A stretch of DNA of 64,000 bases from an uncultured virus (IMG/VR IMGVR_UViG_3300044646_001246) (IMGVR_UViG_3300044646_001246), one strand, 5' to 3'; shown: positions 1 to 9,453, numbered from the stretch's first letter. Notes: generated by a model from the sequence alone, not told the origin. Numbers and translations are program-made.

Positions 1-2
1 AG

Positions 3-1961
3 GTGTTCAACTCGCCGTACTTCTCGATCCTTCAACGAGAGAATATCTACCTGCGTGCCGCCACGCTTGACTCGGGGCTCGGGAAGCTCGCGTCGAAGAT
101 GAAGGCCAAGGAATTTATGAAAGTCATGGACGACCTGACGGTTGATCCGGAGATCATGAAAGACCTGAAGCTCGCTGGTTCGTACATGCAGAACATCCCG
201 GCACTTGAGAACGCAACGAAGCCGTTCCAGTCTGCCGGATCAATGTGGAAGGCAGGCGTGCTGACCCATCCCGGTCGGTACGTTCGCGATATGCTTTCCG
301 GCCTGATGCAGTTGGCCTATGGTGGTCGGTTCTCGCACTCGGCCGCCGATGCCGCACGCAATGTGATCTTCAATCAGCCGGTTGCTGAACTGCTGCACTA
401 CGACGGAATCAAAAGCTATCTGGACCGCATGGAACTCGAACACACACCAGAGAACGCCACCCGTGCGGCTCGGGTGATGTTTGGCAATTTCATGAATCAT
501 TCCGGCGGATCAATCTACCGGGACTACACAGACGCCACCGCTCCCGTCTCGACCGCATCACGCGGCATTGACTCCATCCTCGACGCGATGCCAGGGGATG
601 GCCGTGCCGGTGTCGTGGACATGGTGAAGGGGGCCGCTCAAACCGCCATCGGCAAGCAGGGCGACACAACCTTCAATCCGTTCGATATCGCTGGTGTCCA
701 GCACTTGTTCGACAAGACGGACACTGCCGGGAAAGTCATCGACAAGGCGGGCGACGTTCGCACGGAATCGAAGTTTGCCCCTGTTGTCGCTGGTGACATC
801 GTTGGCAAGCACACAAACGACGTGGTTCGTCTCGCCGGGTTCATTGAAGGACTTCGTCGAGGTGAAGCCCCTGTTGACGCATGGAAGGCTGTGGACTGGA
901 ACCAGTTGAACTACAACCCTCGCACGTTTGGCCCCATCGAGTCGAAACTTCTGAAGAAGATTTTCCCGTTCTACTCGTTCATGTCCCGCGAAACTGCATG
1001 GGTGGCCCACGAACTGTTAACCAATCCAACCGGCCGGCTCGGGAAGATCATCCAGTTGACCCGTCACTCACAGCCATCGAACGAATTCCTCCCGGACCAC
1101 ATCACGGAAGGTGTCGCGATTCCCCTCAGAGAACAGGAGGATGGAACGCAGAACTATCTGACGGGTATGGGGCTGATGTTCGAAGATCCAATTAAGATTC
1201 TCGGGAATGCCCTTTCAGGCGACCCGTCACAGTCTGCGCGTGATGTTCTCAGCCGGTCAAATCCGATTCTCAAGGGTGTCGCGGAACTCGGGCTCGGGCG
1301 TTCATCGTTTCAAGGTGGACCGCTCGGTGGTCGCGACATTGCCGACATGGACCCTGTTGGCGGGCGAATCCTGACGCAACTCGGGCTTCAAAAGGAACGT
1401 CCCGGCGGACAGGCTGCCCCTATGCTCGGTTCGCCAGGGCTTGAGTTTCTGCTATCCAATTCACCCGTGTCGCGCATTCTGTCATCGACCAAAACGCTAT
1501 TGGACGACCGCAAAAATGTGCTGGAGCGTGCGACGAATGTGCTGACGGGACTGCGGATCACCTCAGTGAGTCCGGAGCAGAAACAACGCGGGATTCGTGA
1601 ACTGACGAATGCCATCTCGAAGGAACTCGGGGCGAGACCGTTCACAACTTTTCACATCAGTGATGAATTGCTGGAGGATGCGAAAGAAAACGACCCGGAG
1701 AAGTACGCCACGCTTCTCCGGATCAGGCAGATGCGGAAGGAATGGGATGCTCAGCAGCGGATTAAGCGGAAGGAACGGTCAGGTGAGGTGACATCAGAAA
1801 CTCAGGCTACTAAGGATCTGAACCGAATCATGAAGCAGAACGGACTGAACCTATCCAAAGAACAGAAAGAGGAGAGGATCAGGAAAGCAATGTCTGCGAC
1901 AGAAGGGACAGACTCTTATTACTCGATATTGTCTGGAGAGATTCACCCATTTGCGATGTGA
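3..1961 (+). CDS. C-terminal part of a large phage protein, probably an internal virion/ejection or large polyvalent-type protein (5'-truncated)
   Basis: Long ORF open from the window edge; the 'LLKKIFPFYSF...P' segment resembles C-terminal regions of large internal virion proteins (recognition only). Confidence 0.5.
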   Translation: MFNSPYFSILQRENIYLRAATLDSGLGKLASKMKAKEFMKVMDDLTVDPEIMKDLKLAGSYMQNIPALENATKPFQSAGSMWKAGVLTHPGRYVRDMLSGLMQLAYGGRFSHSAADAARNVIFNQPVAELLHYDGIKSYLDRMELEHTPENATRAARVMFGNFMNHSGGSIYRDYTDATAPVSTASRGIDSILDAMPGDGRAGVVDMVKGAAQTAIGKQGDTTFNPFDIAGVQHLFDKTDTAGKVIDKAGDVRTESKFAPVVAGDIVGKHTNDVVRLAGFIEGLRRGEAPVDAWKAVDWNQLNYNPRTFGPIESKLLKKIFPFYSFMSRETAWVAHELLTNPTGRLGKIIQLTRHSQPSNEFLPDHITEGVAIPLREQEDGTQNYLTGMGLMFEDPIKILGNALSGDPSQSARDVLSRSNPILKGVAELGLGRSSFQGGPLGGRDIADMDPVGGRILTQLGLQKERPGGQAAPMLGSPGLEFLLSNSPVSRILSSTKTLLDDRKNVLERATNVLTGLRITSVSPEQKQRGIRELTNAISKELGARPFTTFHISDELLEDAKENDPEKYATLLRIRQMRKEWDAQQRIKRKERSGEVTSETQATKDLNRIMKQNGLNLSKEQKEERIRKAMSATEGTDSYYSILSGEIHPFAM

Positions 1962-2017
1962 CAAGGAACGGGAGACGGCCCAGTAGCCTTGGCCCGCACC
2001 GGACTGGCGAACATGGA

Positions 2018-2278
2018 TTATTCAGCGATCGTCCATGTGATTAGCACGGCTTCATCTCTGTCGCTCAGTTCAACTTTTAGGCTGTCTTTGCCCTCTTCGA
2101 TTGCCTCTTGGATCAGCTCGTATACATTTTCTGACTCGTCCTGATCACCAGCGAATACTGCCCCACAGTCGACAATCTCAACTGAATCATCGGACCATGT
2201 TCGCAGCTTGCCGTTGCCTGCATATACGTTGTCTACGCTGATTGAAATCGGTGATTCTATGAATGTTGCGTTGCTCAT
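2018..2278 (-). CDS. hypothetical acidic protein
   Basis: 86 aa; RBS GGAGA; ATGA overlap with upstream gene. Confidence 0.7.
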   Translation of the reverse strand: MSNATFIESPISISVDNVYAGNGKLRTWSDDSVEIVDCGAVFAGDQDESENVYELIQEAIEEGKDSLKVELSDRDEAVLITWTIAE

Positions 2279-2700
2279 CTCAATTTCTCCCCGAGGCTTG
2301 CGGCCTTCCGTTTCTTCTCACGCTTCCCCCTCAACGGCCACACGCACGTCCGGAGATCCAGCGTTAAACTTTCATACTCTTTCCCACGCCACCAGAACCG
2401 CACGTCGAAGTTGACGATCAGCTCCGGCTTACCCACCACAGGACCATACTCGACCCGCAGCGGTTTCAACACAATCGCCTTGTGACCCTTCACTTCCACG
2501 ACCACACTGGCCTTGTCATCGCCCTGCAAAAGATCGGGACCACGTTTATTCAGCCATGTCTCCAGTCGCCTCAGAATGCCCTCTGGAGTCGTGCTGCTGA
2601 TGTCATCCCCGTTGACAGTCGCCATCGGGGCTTCAGGTTTCCACGGTTCGTGCCAGTTCAGGAGAACTGTGGTGTAAGGACTGCCGGGGAATGGTGGCAT
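2275..2700 (-). CDS. hypothetical protein
   Basis: Start chosen at the TGATG overlap with the upstream stop. Confidence 0.6.
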   Translation of the reverse strand: MPPFPGSPYTTVLLNWHEPWKPEAPMATVNGDDISSTTPEGILRRLETWLNKRGPDLLQGDDKASVVVEVKGHKAIVLKPLRVEYGPVVGKPELIVNFDVRFWWRGKEYESLTLDLRTCVWPLRGKREKKRKAASLGEKLR

Positions 2701-3089
2701 CAGATTGCGTCCTCCGCAGCCGCCTTCCACTCAAAAGCCCGCAGCTCTCCTTCCACGACCGGATTCGAGTGATCACCAAACAGAAAACTGGTTTCACGAA
2801 ACTGAATTCGTCCCTTCACGAGTGACTCGAATTGGTAAACACCCCACAGCGTTCCGTCCATGAACAGATAGACCGGCATTGGCCGCATCCCATTGGCATG
2901 TGCCGCCCCATTCACGATCGCCACGCGGTTCTCAATACACCACTCGCCGAACAGATCCATCACGTCTGAGTGTGCTGCCCTGCCGATCCTGTGAGTATCC
3001 CCAGCGTGGAAAACGTGGTACTCGAATCGGTGAGCATTCCCCTGACGGATCATTTCCGCCTTTTGTTCTTTACTGAATCCTTTGAACAC
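2700..3089 (-). CDS. hypothetical protein
   Basis: GTG start after AAAAGG; packed in the minus-strand block. Confidence 0.6.
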   Translation of the reverse strand: MFKGFSKEQKAEMIRQGNAHRFEYHVFHAGDTHRIGRAAHSDVMDLFGEWCIENRVAIVNGAAHANGMRPMPVYLFMDGTLWGVYQFESLVKGRIQFRETSFLFGDHSNPVVEGELRAFEWKAAAEDAI

Positions 3090-3164
3090 ATGGTTGCCTT
3101 TTGTTGAATGAAGGATTGAACGTGAGTGGCCCGACATAAATGCTGGGCTTTCATAGTGTTTTAA

Positions 3165-3431
3165 TTACTCGATAACAATCTGCATGTAGCGAGGAAGTGT
3201 CCCTGACCACTCCCAGCGAACATGACCGCCATTAACCTGAACTGATTCTGCGAGTTCTTTGGTGCATGGCTGTGCAGTCATTGCCCCCAGCACATCAGCA
3301 CCATCCTCATGATTTAAGCCAAGCCAGTGACGAGCGTCCAGCATCGCAGACTCTTCACTGCTGCCTGTGCCCCAGATTACGTTCTCGCTGTCAATCACAG
3401 CAAACATCTCTGCTTCTGTTGTCTTGCTCAT
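3165..3431 (-). CDS. hypothetical protein
   Basis: ATG after GGGAGA RBS. Confidence 0.65.
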   Translation of the reverse strand: MSKTTEAEMFAVIDSENVIWGTGSSEESAMLDARHWLGLNHEDGADVLGAMTAQPCTKELAESVQVNGGHVRWEWSGTLPRYMQIVIE

Positions 3432-3517
3432 CTCGAATTCTCCCGCCTTGCATTGCCCATCGTCGCTCATAAATGAACACAACGGTCCCCCTCCGCAGAG
3501 AGGGAACCTTGTGGTCA

Positions 3518-4279
3518 CTACGCACCAGAACCGGCAAACATCTCAGCCATCATCGCCTCAAAGTCCAGCGTCGGCACTGTCACAGCCACAGCCGCCACTG
3601 GCTCAACGGGGATTGCCTCAGCCTCAGCCACATCCCGCATCATCACGCCTTTTTCCACTTCCGTCAGCACATCCCGGAAGTTCCATTTGCACGCCGTACA
3701 CAACGCCACCCACTCAGTCACATCAGCGCCGCTAAGCCCTTCCTGCTCAGCAATCGCCATCGCACGCTTCACCATTGGATCGGCGTAGTCGTCCACTTTC
3801 AAGTCAAACTTGATGCAACGACTGAGAAGAGGGTGAGCGTCGATGTCCTTGAACAGCTTATCCTTGCCGACATCAGTTGTCGTGAAGATCCACGTCACAT
3901 GGGCCGGAATACGCTCCAGCACCACCAGAAGCTGCCGAATCGAGTCCTGCCGCAGTCCGTGTGCTTCATTCACGAGCACAGCACGCCCTGACTTCTGACC
4001 CAGGCATCGCATTCGCAATTGCTTCTCAAGATCCCCAATGTCTTTCGGTGTCATCCCGCCAGCGTCGATCTCGATGAAGTTGTCTTCGTCGCATACATCG
4101 CCAGCAATCAGGTAGGCAATGGAAGTCTTGCCGATTCCGGATGGCCCGGAAAGCCAGAACGCCCGCCCACCGAGCGAACCCTTGTCACGCATTCGCAGGA
4201 GGGCTTTCTTCGTCTTGTCGTGCCCCACGATGTAGTTCCATTCGTGAGGTCTGTACTGTTCGTAAAGCATCTTGGTCAT
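3518..4279 (-). CDS. AAA+ ATPase, clamp-loader (DnaX/RFC/RarA)-like
   Basis: N-terminal YEQYRP...IVGH, Walker A GPSGIGKT, Walker B variant LVNEAH, sensor LSRC. Confidence 0.85.
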   Translation of the reverse strand: MTKMLYEQYRPHEWNYIVGHDKTKKALLRMRDKGSLGGRAFWLSGPSGIGKTSIAYLIAGDVCDEDNFIEIDAGGMTPKDIGDLEKQLRMRCLGQKSGRAVLVNEAHGLRQDSIRQLLVVLERIPAHVTWIFTTTDVGKDKLFKDIDAHPLLSRCIKFDLKVDDYADPMVKRAMAIAEQEGLSGADVTEWVALCTACKWNFRDVLTEVEKGVMMRDVAEAEAIPVEPVAAVAVTVPTLDFEAMMAEMFAGSGA

Positions 4280-4530
4280 GATGGTTCTCCTGTGGACTTG
4301 AGGATTGCTTCACTGTCTTTCCAGAGGGCATCAGCATCGCAGGTACATGGAAAGGCTTTCGGGGCGAGGCAGCGTGAAGAATGGCGAATGCTTTGTCGCA
4401 GCAACTTGCACATCGCAAACAGATTAGGCAATGCCTTGATCATCTCCACGCTAACACCCGACACCTCCGTCCCATCCTCGAAGAACAGCACGCCGCCTTC
4501 GAGACTCATGTGTGTTACTTTTCTTGCCAC
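4276..4530 (-). CDS. hypothetical protein
   Basis: RBS AAAGGTGG; ATGA overlap with the ATPase gene. Confidence 0.6.
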   Translation of the reverse strand: MARKVTHMSLEGGVLFFEDGTEVSGVSVEMIKALPNLFAMCKLLRQSIRHSSRCLAPKAFPCTCDADALWKDSEAILKSTGEPS

Positions 4531-4548
4531 ACGTCACCACCTTTCACA

Positions 4549-4604
4549 CCGAACGAGATTGTTCGATCGTGGCCCTCCGCAGAGAGCCACTGTCCAACCA
4601 TCTC
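4549..4604 (-). ncRNA. conserved two-hairpin leader RNA motif, copy 1 (cUGCGg hairpin plus CGAAC/GUUCG hairpin)
   Basis: Covaries with copies at 6401-6456 and 10902-10957. Confidence 0.6.
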
Positions 4605-4620
4605 GGCAGTTCTCAGCAAC

Positions 4621-4642
4621 ACAATCGCCGTCTTAGATCACT
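4621..4642 (-). repeat. dispersed 22-bp motif, minus-strand type TGATCTAAGCCGACGATTGT (other copies 6474-6495, 8654-8675, 10407-10428, 12593-12614, 12910-12931)
   Basis: Six aligned copies at gene boundaries, same orientation. Confidence 0.8.
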
Positions 4643-6384
4643 AAGCCAGCGAGCATGTCATCCAGAAAGCTGTCCATGTCCATCTTCAATTCCTCGCCAG
4701 TCTCACCAGCAGGTTCAGGTGATTCTTCAGCCTCAACCGCGTCAACCGCCTCCGTCTGAGTCAGCCTCAGCATCCCCGCATCCGGGCCGATCCTGAACGA
4801 AGACCCAAACATCTTCACCACTTGCTTCGCTTCCTCGCCAGTGACCTGCATTTCCTCGCAAGCCTCAGCCGGGTTACGAATCCACTTCAGCAGTCGTCCT
4901 GCTTCGACATTCACCGCGAGCATGAACTTTGGATCGAAGTGAAGGTGCATATTGCCGTTCTGGAACGCACGCACCGCCACCAACACCTTCCCATTGTTCA
5001 TCATCAGCCGATTCTGCTTATTGGACTTCCACTCGTAGTTGCTCGGCTTGTCCTTACACGGGAAGCCAAGGTTGTTGGCTACCGTCACAATGTCACTGAT
5101 CAACTCATGGGCTTGATCTGAAAGCCCTCTGTGCTTCTCTCGCTCCCATGAGTATGAACTTGTTCCGATGCCACCATGAGAAACGACCATTCGGTATTCG
5201 AGCTTGTAATGGCTCGCTGCGCCCGGCTCATCACCACCGAAGTGATATTTTTTGCCGTAACGCCAGCCTGTCTCAGTCCACAGTCGCTGATTGCTCTTGT
5301 ACTTCACCACATTGCTGTCGTTGCTCAGCGTTCGGAACAGGTCAATCAACTGAGCATCGAAGTAGTCATTCGCCCACTTCGACACCCAGATCAGAATCGA
5401 GTACACGTTGTTGGCCGTGAAGTCGATCGTCACTTTGTCACTCAGGGACTTCAGGAACGCCTGACGTTGCTTTGTCGCCAGCCGTTCCTTAATGGTCCCC
5501 ATCTCGTTGAACAACGCCTGCCAATAGCGATTCTTCAACCCTGTGATCTTTAACCTGATCGCACTGAGAACGTCTTTCTTCTCAATGCCCAATTCCTTCA
5601 ATACTTGGCGGTCGATCTTCAACGCGGCCTTGTAATTGGCCAGCATCTGAGCAAGTGCGTGGTCATAAGAATCAACCAGAGATTCAACCAGATTCTCATG
5701 GGCCTTGAACAGATCCTCGTTGACTTCCTCCTTGGGGATCTCAACGTCGAACACATCAAACTCAGGCATCATCTCTTCGAGCATGGAATTGAAGGCGTCT
5801 TCGTTCCTGCATGAGTATTCAATGCGGACGATTTCAACCTTTGCATTCGCACGCCGGTCAGCATTCGAAAAGTCAAACTCCCCAAGGGACTTCACATCGC
5901 CTGAGCGTTTCTCAATAGCCTGCCGAATCTCTTTCGAGTCTCGCCATCGGCGCGGCACAACCAGATAGATCAAATTCGTGGATGCCTCACGAACAACCTT
6001 CAACATCCACGCTTCAAATTCACTGTAAGGCGGATTACAGAAGATGGCCCCTACAGGCTTATCAACCAGCGTCTGCTGCTCAAAGTCGGTCCCGATGACC
6101 GTGATATCCTTGGGCATGTTAGACAGGTGGTAAATTGCCTTCTCAATCGCAAAGCACTGGACAGACAGGCGATCGCGGTGAGTCTTGAGTTTAGCCTGAA
6201 TGGCCGTCAACACTCGACCGTCCCCAGCACCAATGTCAAGCACTGATGTTGAGCATGAATAGCCGCCGTCCAGCTCACGCAGCATGTCTAACGACACCTT
6301 GCGAATGATCTCCTCCGTTGTCGGATACCACTCGAAGTCCTCATCGTTCTCCTTCAACGCCCTGACCGTTGCATGAACGCTCAT
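4633..6384 (-). CDS. SAM-dependent amino (N6/N4) DNA methyltransferase with DUF4942-like C-terminal region
   Basis: WYPT, VLDIGAGDG (motif I), NPPY (motif IV), C-terminal FQNGNMHLHF. Confidence 0.85.
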   Translation of the reverse strand: MSVHATVRALKENDEDFEWYPTTEEIIRKVSLDMLRELDGGYSCSTSVLDIGAGDGRVLTAIQAKLKTHRDRLSVQCFAIEKAIYHLSNMPKDITVIGTDFEQQTLVDKPVGAIFCNPPYSEFEAWMLKVVREASTNLIYLVVPRRWRDSKEIRQAIEKRSGDVKSLGEFDFSNADRRANAKVEIVRIEYSCRNEDAFNSMLEEMMPEFDVFDVEIPKEEVNEDLFKAHENLVESLVDSYDHALAQMLANYKAALKIDRQVLKELGIEKKDVLSAIRLKITGLKNRYWQALFNEMGTIKERLATKQRQAFLKSLSDKVTIDFTANNVYSILIWVSKWANDYFDAQLIDLFRTLSNDSNVVKYKSNQRLWTETGWRYGKKYHFGGDEPGAASHYKLEYRMVVSHGGIGTSSYSWEREKHRGLSDQAHELISDIVTVANNLGFPCKDKPSNYEWKSNKQNRLMMNNGKVLVAVRAFQNGNMHLHFDPKFMLAVNVEAGRLLKWIRNPAEACEEMQVTGEEAKQVVKMFGSSFRIGPDAGMLRLTQTEAVDAVEAEESPEPAGETGEELKMDMDSFLDDMLAGLVI

Positions 6385-6400
6385 TGATCACCCCGTTCAA

Positions 6401-6456
6401 CCAAGCGTGATTGCTTGATAGAACCCCGCCGCAGCGAGGTTCCTTCGAGAAATCAC
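6401..6456 (-). ncRNA. two-hairpin leader RNA motif, copy 2
   Basis: GAACCUCGC-UGCG-GCGGGGUUC then UCAAGC-AAUCAC-GCUUGG, just before the RBS. Confidence 0.6.
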
Positions 6457-6459
6457 AAG

Positions 6460-6475
6460 TTACCCTTACCGATAA
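6460..6475. promoter_or_regulatory. 16-bp palindromic operator TTAYCG-N4-CGRTAA (other copies 10973, 12768, 15012, 42975, 43313)
   Basis: Six intergenic copies; two lie inside sigma70-like promoters. Confidence 0.7.
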
Positions 6476-6493
6476 TGTCGTTCCGTTAGATCA

Positions 6494-6760
6494 CTAAGCG
6501 GTGGCTTCCTCATCGGCTTCCTCAGCCGCCAAGAAGTCGCAGGCATGTTCAACATGCTCATCGTACGTCAGCCCCTCATGGAAACCGGCAATCACTTCCA
6601 CGATCACCAGATCATATGCCGTTGACTGGATGGCATCCCTTATCGCATCTGTCGGTGTCTCGGCCTGATGATGCCCCATGAACCTTGCTCCCGTGTTCTC
6701 GAAGTAGCCGATCACCGTGTAGTCGTTCACTTGGAATCTCCCGCTTTTCACACCACTCAA
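6494..6760 (-). CDS. hypothetical protein
   Basis: 88-aa ORF in the packed block. Confidence 0.65.
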   Translation of the reverse strand: MSGVKSGRFQVNDYTVIGYFENTGARFMGHHQAETPTDAIRDAIQSTAYDLVIVEVIAGFHEGLTYDEHVEHACDFLAAEEADEEATA

Positions 6761-6762
6761 AG

Positions 6763-7029
6763 TTACCCTTCCACCCGCAGCCGACGCACACGGTCAGCAA
6801 CGCACTCATCGTCATCAGCAACACAGCGATCCGTCGCATAACCAAACTCCTCCAGAATGTCGTCAATCAGGGATGTCGATTCATTCTCAGCCTCGATCTC
6901 ACCGGCGAACGATTCCCTGATCTCGCTCGTCAGTGAGAACGTGGTCACACAGTTGTGGCAGATACGAGTGAAGTCGCCGATTTTGTCAGAGACGTTCTCG
7001 CTACTACATCGCGGGCATTGAACTGTCAT
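6763..7029 (-). CDS. small zinc-ribbon protein
   Basis: CPRC...CHNC. Confidence 0.65.
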   Translation of the reverse strand: MTVQCPRCSSENVSDKIGDFTRICHNCVTTFSLTSEIRESFAGEIEAENESTSLIDDILEEFGYATDRCVADDDECVADRVRRLRVEG

Positions 7030-7319
7030 CGGAACACCACCTCCCGAATCTCATCCGCAGTCATCCCCACAGCCTTCAGCACCTCCTCATTACGGACGAC
7101 ATGATCCCCGCAACTGTTGATCAGGTGATGCCATAGCCACGCCATTTCAACATCGTTCCGCTTCAGCAGATCCCGGTTGTCTACAGCCGCCTCAAGCACC
7201 AGTTCCTTAAACCGTTCCTCAGCCTTGACCAGTTCTCGCTGGGCCTTCGTCACGGCGTCTTGTGCCTGTTTCCACTTGTGCTGGAAGTTCTTTGCCCGTG
7301 TCATTGAGGGCGTGTCCAA
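7026..7319 (-). CDS. hypothetical coiled-coil protein
   Basis: RBS AAGGAG; ATGA overlap downstream. Confidence 0.65.
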   Translation of the reverse strand: MDTPSMTRAKNFQHKWKQAQDAVTKAQRELVKAEERFKELVLEAAVDNRDLLKRNDVEMAWLWHHLINSCGDHVVRNEEVLKAVGMTADEIREVVFR

Positions 7320-7337
7320 GGTGAGTCTCCTTTGTTT

Positions 7338-7410
7338 GCCGACTTGGGACGGCCTGCTGCCACTGTGACAACAGGTGCATTACACGGGTTTCCCCGTGCC
7401 CTCTGCATTA
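7338..7410 (-). ncRNA. twister ribozyme, circularly permuted (P1 closed, type-P5-like)
   Basis: UGCAGAGGG-[CACGGG gaaa CCCGUG]-U^AAUGCA-[P3]-GCC GUCCCAAGUC GGC matches the twister core. Confidence 0.85.
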
Positions 7411-7959
7411 CTGTTCAAGCTCAACAGAACCAGAACACACTCGCCTGCCATTCACTGCGACAGTCTGGTAGCCGATGACCACGTCGCGGTGTTTTAGTTC
7501 TTCCCACGAAACGTGAACGTCGTAGAAGCTGATACCAAATTGACTACTTGAAGCACTGCCAGCATGACCCTTCACCCACACTGACGGTTTTTTATTCAGA
7601 AGCAGATGGCAAAGTGTTTGCGTGTGTCCAGAATCGAGTCGAAGGTAGCGGCATCCACACAGGTACACAGGTTTGCAGTCACTGAAGGATTCTTTGTCGC
7701 CTGGCTTGTAGTCACAGCGAACATGCAAGTCTGTGCGAATCGTCACAATTCGTTCTTCATCGCCGATCTCGCCTTTAACGCATCGGGCAAATTCAAGCCT
7801 CCAATCAGTCGATGGACTTGCCGTTACGTCCCACGCTTCTCTGTAGCCAAGCGAGTCGTTTTGACGAATCACTCGCCGGAGAAACTTCTTTCCTTCGGGT
7901 GTTGAAAGATTGCAGATTGTGAAGGTGTTTGACATAATCTTCTCGGCTGTCAGTGTCAT
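7408..7959 (-). CDS. hypothetical protein flanked by two twister ribozymes
   Basis: ATG after AGGAG immediately downstream of the ribozyme. Confidence 0.7.
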   Translation of the reverse strand: MTLTAEKIMSNTFTICNLSTPEGKKFLRRVIRQNDSLGYREAWDVTASPSTDWRLEFARCVKGEIGDEERIVTIRTDLHVRCDYKPGDKESFSDCKPVYLCGCRYLRLDSGHTQTLCHLLLNKKPSVWVKGHAGSASSSQFGISFYDVHVSWEELKHRDVVIGYQTVAVNGRRVCSGSVELEQ

Positions 7960-7972
7960 GAGGGTGACTCCT

Positions 7973-8040
7973 ATCGGACTTGGGACCGATCCAGCACGTT
8001 GCTGGAGTGCATTACAGCCCAAAGGCTGCCCTCTGCATCA
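7973..8040 (-). ncRNA. twister ribozyme, second copy
   Basis: UGCAGAGGG-[CAGCC uuug GGCUG]-U^AAUGCA-[UCCAGCA/UGCUGGA]-AUCG GUCCCAAGUC CGAU; stems covary with copy 1. Confidence 0.85.
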
Positions 8041-8586
8041 AAACCCGATCACTTCACTGATGGCTCGCTCAAGCTCACGCTCATTGTGAAGCTGATCCTG
8101 ATAGGTGTCCCACTCCTGCTGTGTGGGATAGTTCGCGTCTGTTGCCTTGCGAAAGCCCTTGCCGTCATCAACATTCGACCACCCGGAACAGTAGTCGCCC
8201 AACTTCAACACGAGACACCATCGCTTGCCGAATCCCTCTGGAGGATTCCACGGCTGTGACATGCCTTCGCGTCTCACCATCTCTTTCGTTGAACCACAGA
8301 CGCAGGTCTTCGGCTGTTCGTCGAAGAAGCCCCGTGTCATCTTGCAGTCTTCACACTGGTAGCTCGGAGCGTAAACGTAGGCACGTTCCTCAGAAGCAAT
8401 CCAGCAATCCACAACCAATCCGGGATCGCCACCCGTGTATCGTGTCTGGAACTTGGCGTTGCAGTTGTCGCACCACACGGAAGTGTGATCGAGCGACGTG
8501 AAGTTGTTGCACTTGCAGATAGGGCACTTGAATGCGTCCCAACTGAACACATTGAAGTTGCCAACCTGCTCGATCTTCAGGGCCAT
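8038..8586 (-). CDS. Cys-rich zinc-finger protein
   Basis: CPIC, CDNC, CEDC, CVC motifs; RBS GGAGA. Confidence 0.7.
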   Translation of the reverse strand: MALKIEQVGNFNVFSWDAFKCPICKCNNFTSLDHTSVWCDNCNAKFQTRYTGGDPGLVVDCWIASEERAYVYAPSYQCEDCKMTRGFFDEQPKTCVCGSTKEMVRREGMSQPWNPPEGFGKRWCLVLKLGDYCSGWSNVDDGKGFRKATDANYPTQQEWDTYQDQLHNERELERAISEVIGF

Positions 8587-8615
8587 GTGCGAATCTCCAG
8601 AAGCCACAGGACAGA

Positions 8616-8647
8616 ACAAAAAACCCTGCCGACCACCGACAGGGTTC
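8616..8647 (-). terminator. intrinsic terminator-like hairpin
   Basis: AACCCUGUCG/CGGCAGGGUU stem followed by a U run on the minus strand. Confidence 0.55.
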
Positions 8648-8673
8648 ACCACAACAATCGTCGGCTTAGATCA

Positions 8674-9027
8674 TTAAACGACCTCGGTCTCCAACTCCTT
8701 AGCTTTCTTCGCCACCTTCGTCATCCACGGCTGCACCTGAATGTTCTCAAGCCAGTCCGCAACACTTGGAATCCAGCCGCAATCTTCCATCACATGCTGC
8801 TCGCCAATCGCCCTCACAGGAACGTACCGGCCAGTGCTGGTCTGAATCACCGTGCCGAACTTCTCCTGGCACTCGTAGATGCCAGCAGAGTGATGCCGTA
8901 ACGCCCGGTGGCGAAAATCAGCGTAGTGGGCTTTGCTGGCATCAAACCACTCGTGAATCGCCAGATAGTCTTCAGGCGACCCACCAAACTTCTGTGCGCT
9001 GCTTACTGAGTGATACCACGGGTTCAT
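8674..9027 (-). CDS. DUF6915-like phage protein
   Basis: HSVSSAQKFGG...IHEWFD...HRALRHH...EQHVMEDCG motif pattern. Confidence 0.75.
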   Translation of the reverse strand: MNPWYHSVSSAQKFGGSPEDYLAIHEWFDASKAHYADFRHRALRHHSAGIYECQEKFGTVIQTSTGRYVPVRAIGEQHVMEDCGWIPSVADWLENIQVQPWMTKVAKKAKELETEVV

Positions 9028-9344
9028 ACTTCCTCCTCGCTGGATGATGAGTTACACATCACCAGATCGTTGTAGTAGGCAGACCAACTGCAACTTCGCT
9101 CAGGCACGATGACTTCAAGCTGAAGTTCGCCGCCGTTGCCGTTGTAGTAGTCGAATCCCTTCTCCTCGAAAGCCTCATCAATCAGGTCCGTCACGTCTTC
9201 GCAGACTTCGATCTCATGACCATCCGCATCAATCACGGTTGGCTCATCAACGGTTCCTTCATCACCTGACCCGTAAGCAGTGACGTTCAATTTCACGGCA
9301 TTGAGTTCAGCGAGTTTGTCAACCAGTTTCTTCAACGCACTCAT
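9024..9344 (-). CDS. DUF6878-like acidic protein
   Basis: YGSGDEG and YNGNGG motifs; adjacent to the DUF6915-like gene. Confidence 0.65.
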   Translation of the reverse strand: MSALKKLVDKLAELNAVKLNVTAYGSGDEGTVDEPTVIDADGHEIEVCEDVTDLIDEAFEEKGFDYYNGNGGELQLEVIVPERSCSWSAYYNDLVMCNSSSSEEEV

Positions 9345-9367
9345 GCTCACCTCCACACCCACACACC

Positions 9368-9453
9368 ATCGACCTGCCATCATCAGCGCCGAGCGGTCAA
9401 CCTCGGACGGACCAGACGCCCACAGCCCTCACTGTGAACGTCTGGTTTCGGCT
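9368..9453 (-). ncRNA. type II hammerhead ribozyme with loop I/3'-tail pseudoknot
   Basis: GCC-GAAA-stem III (ACCAGACG/CGUCUGGU)-GUC^-stem I-CUGAUGA-u-GGC; loop GUUGACC pairs with GGUCGAU. Confidence 0.8.

Noticed and set aside
1962..2017. Possible HDV-like ribozyme between convergent genes
   Set aside because: Could not build the nested double pseudoknot by eye
7960..8022. Longer N-termini in the track for genes ending at 7408, 8038, 9024 and 10591
   Set aside because: Extensions run through ribozymes or leaders; downstream starts have clear RBSs
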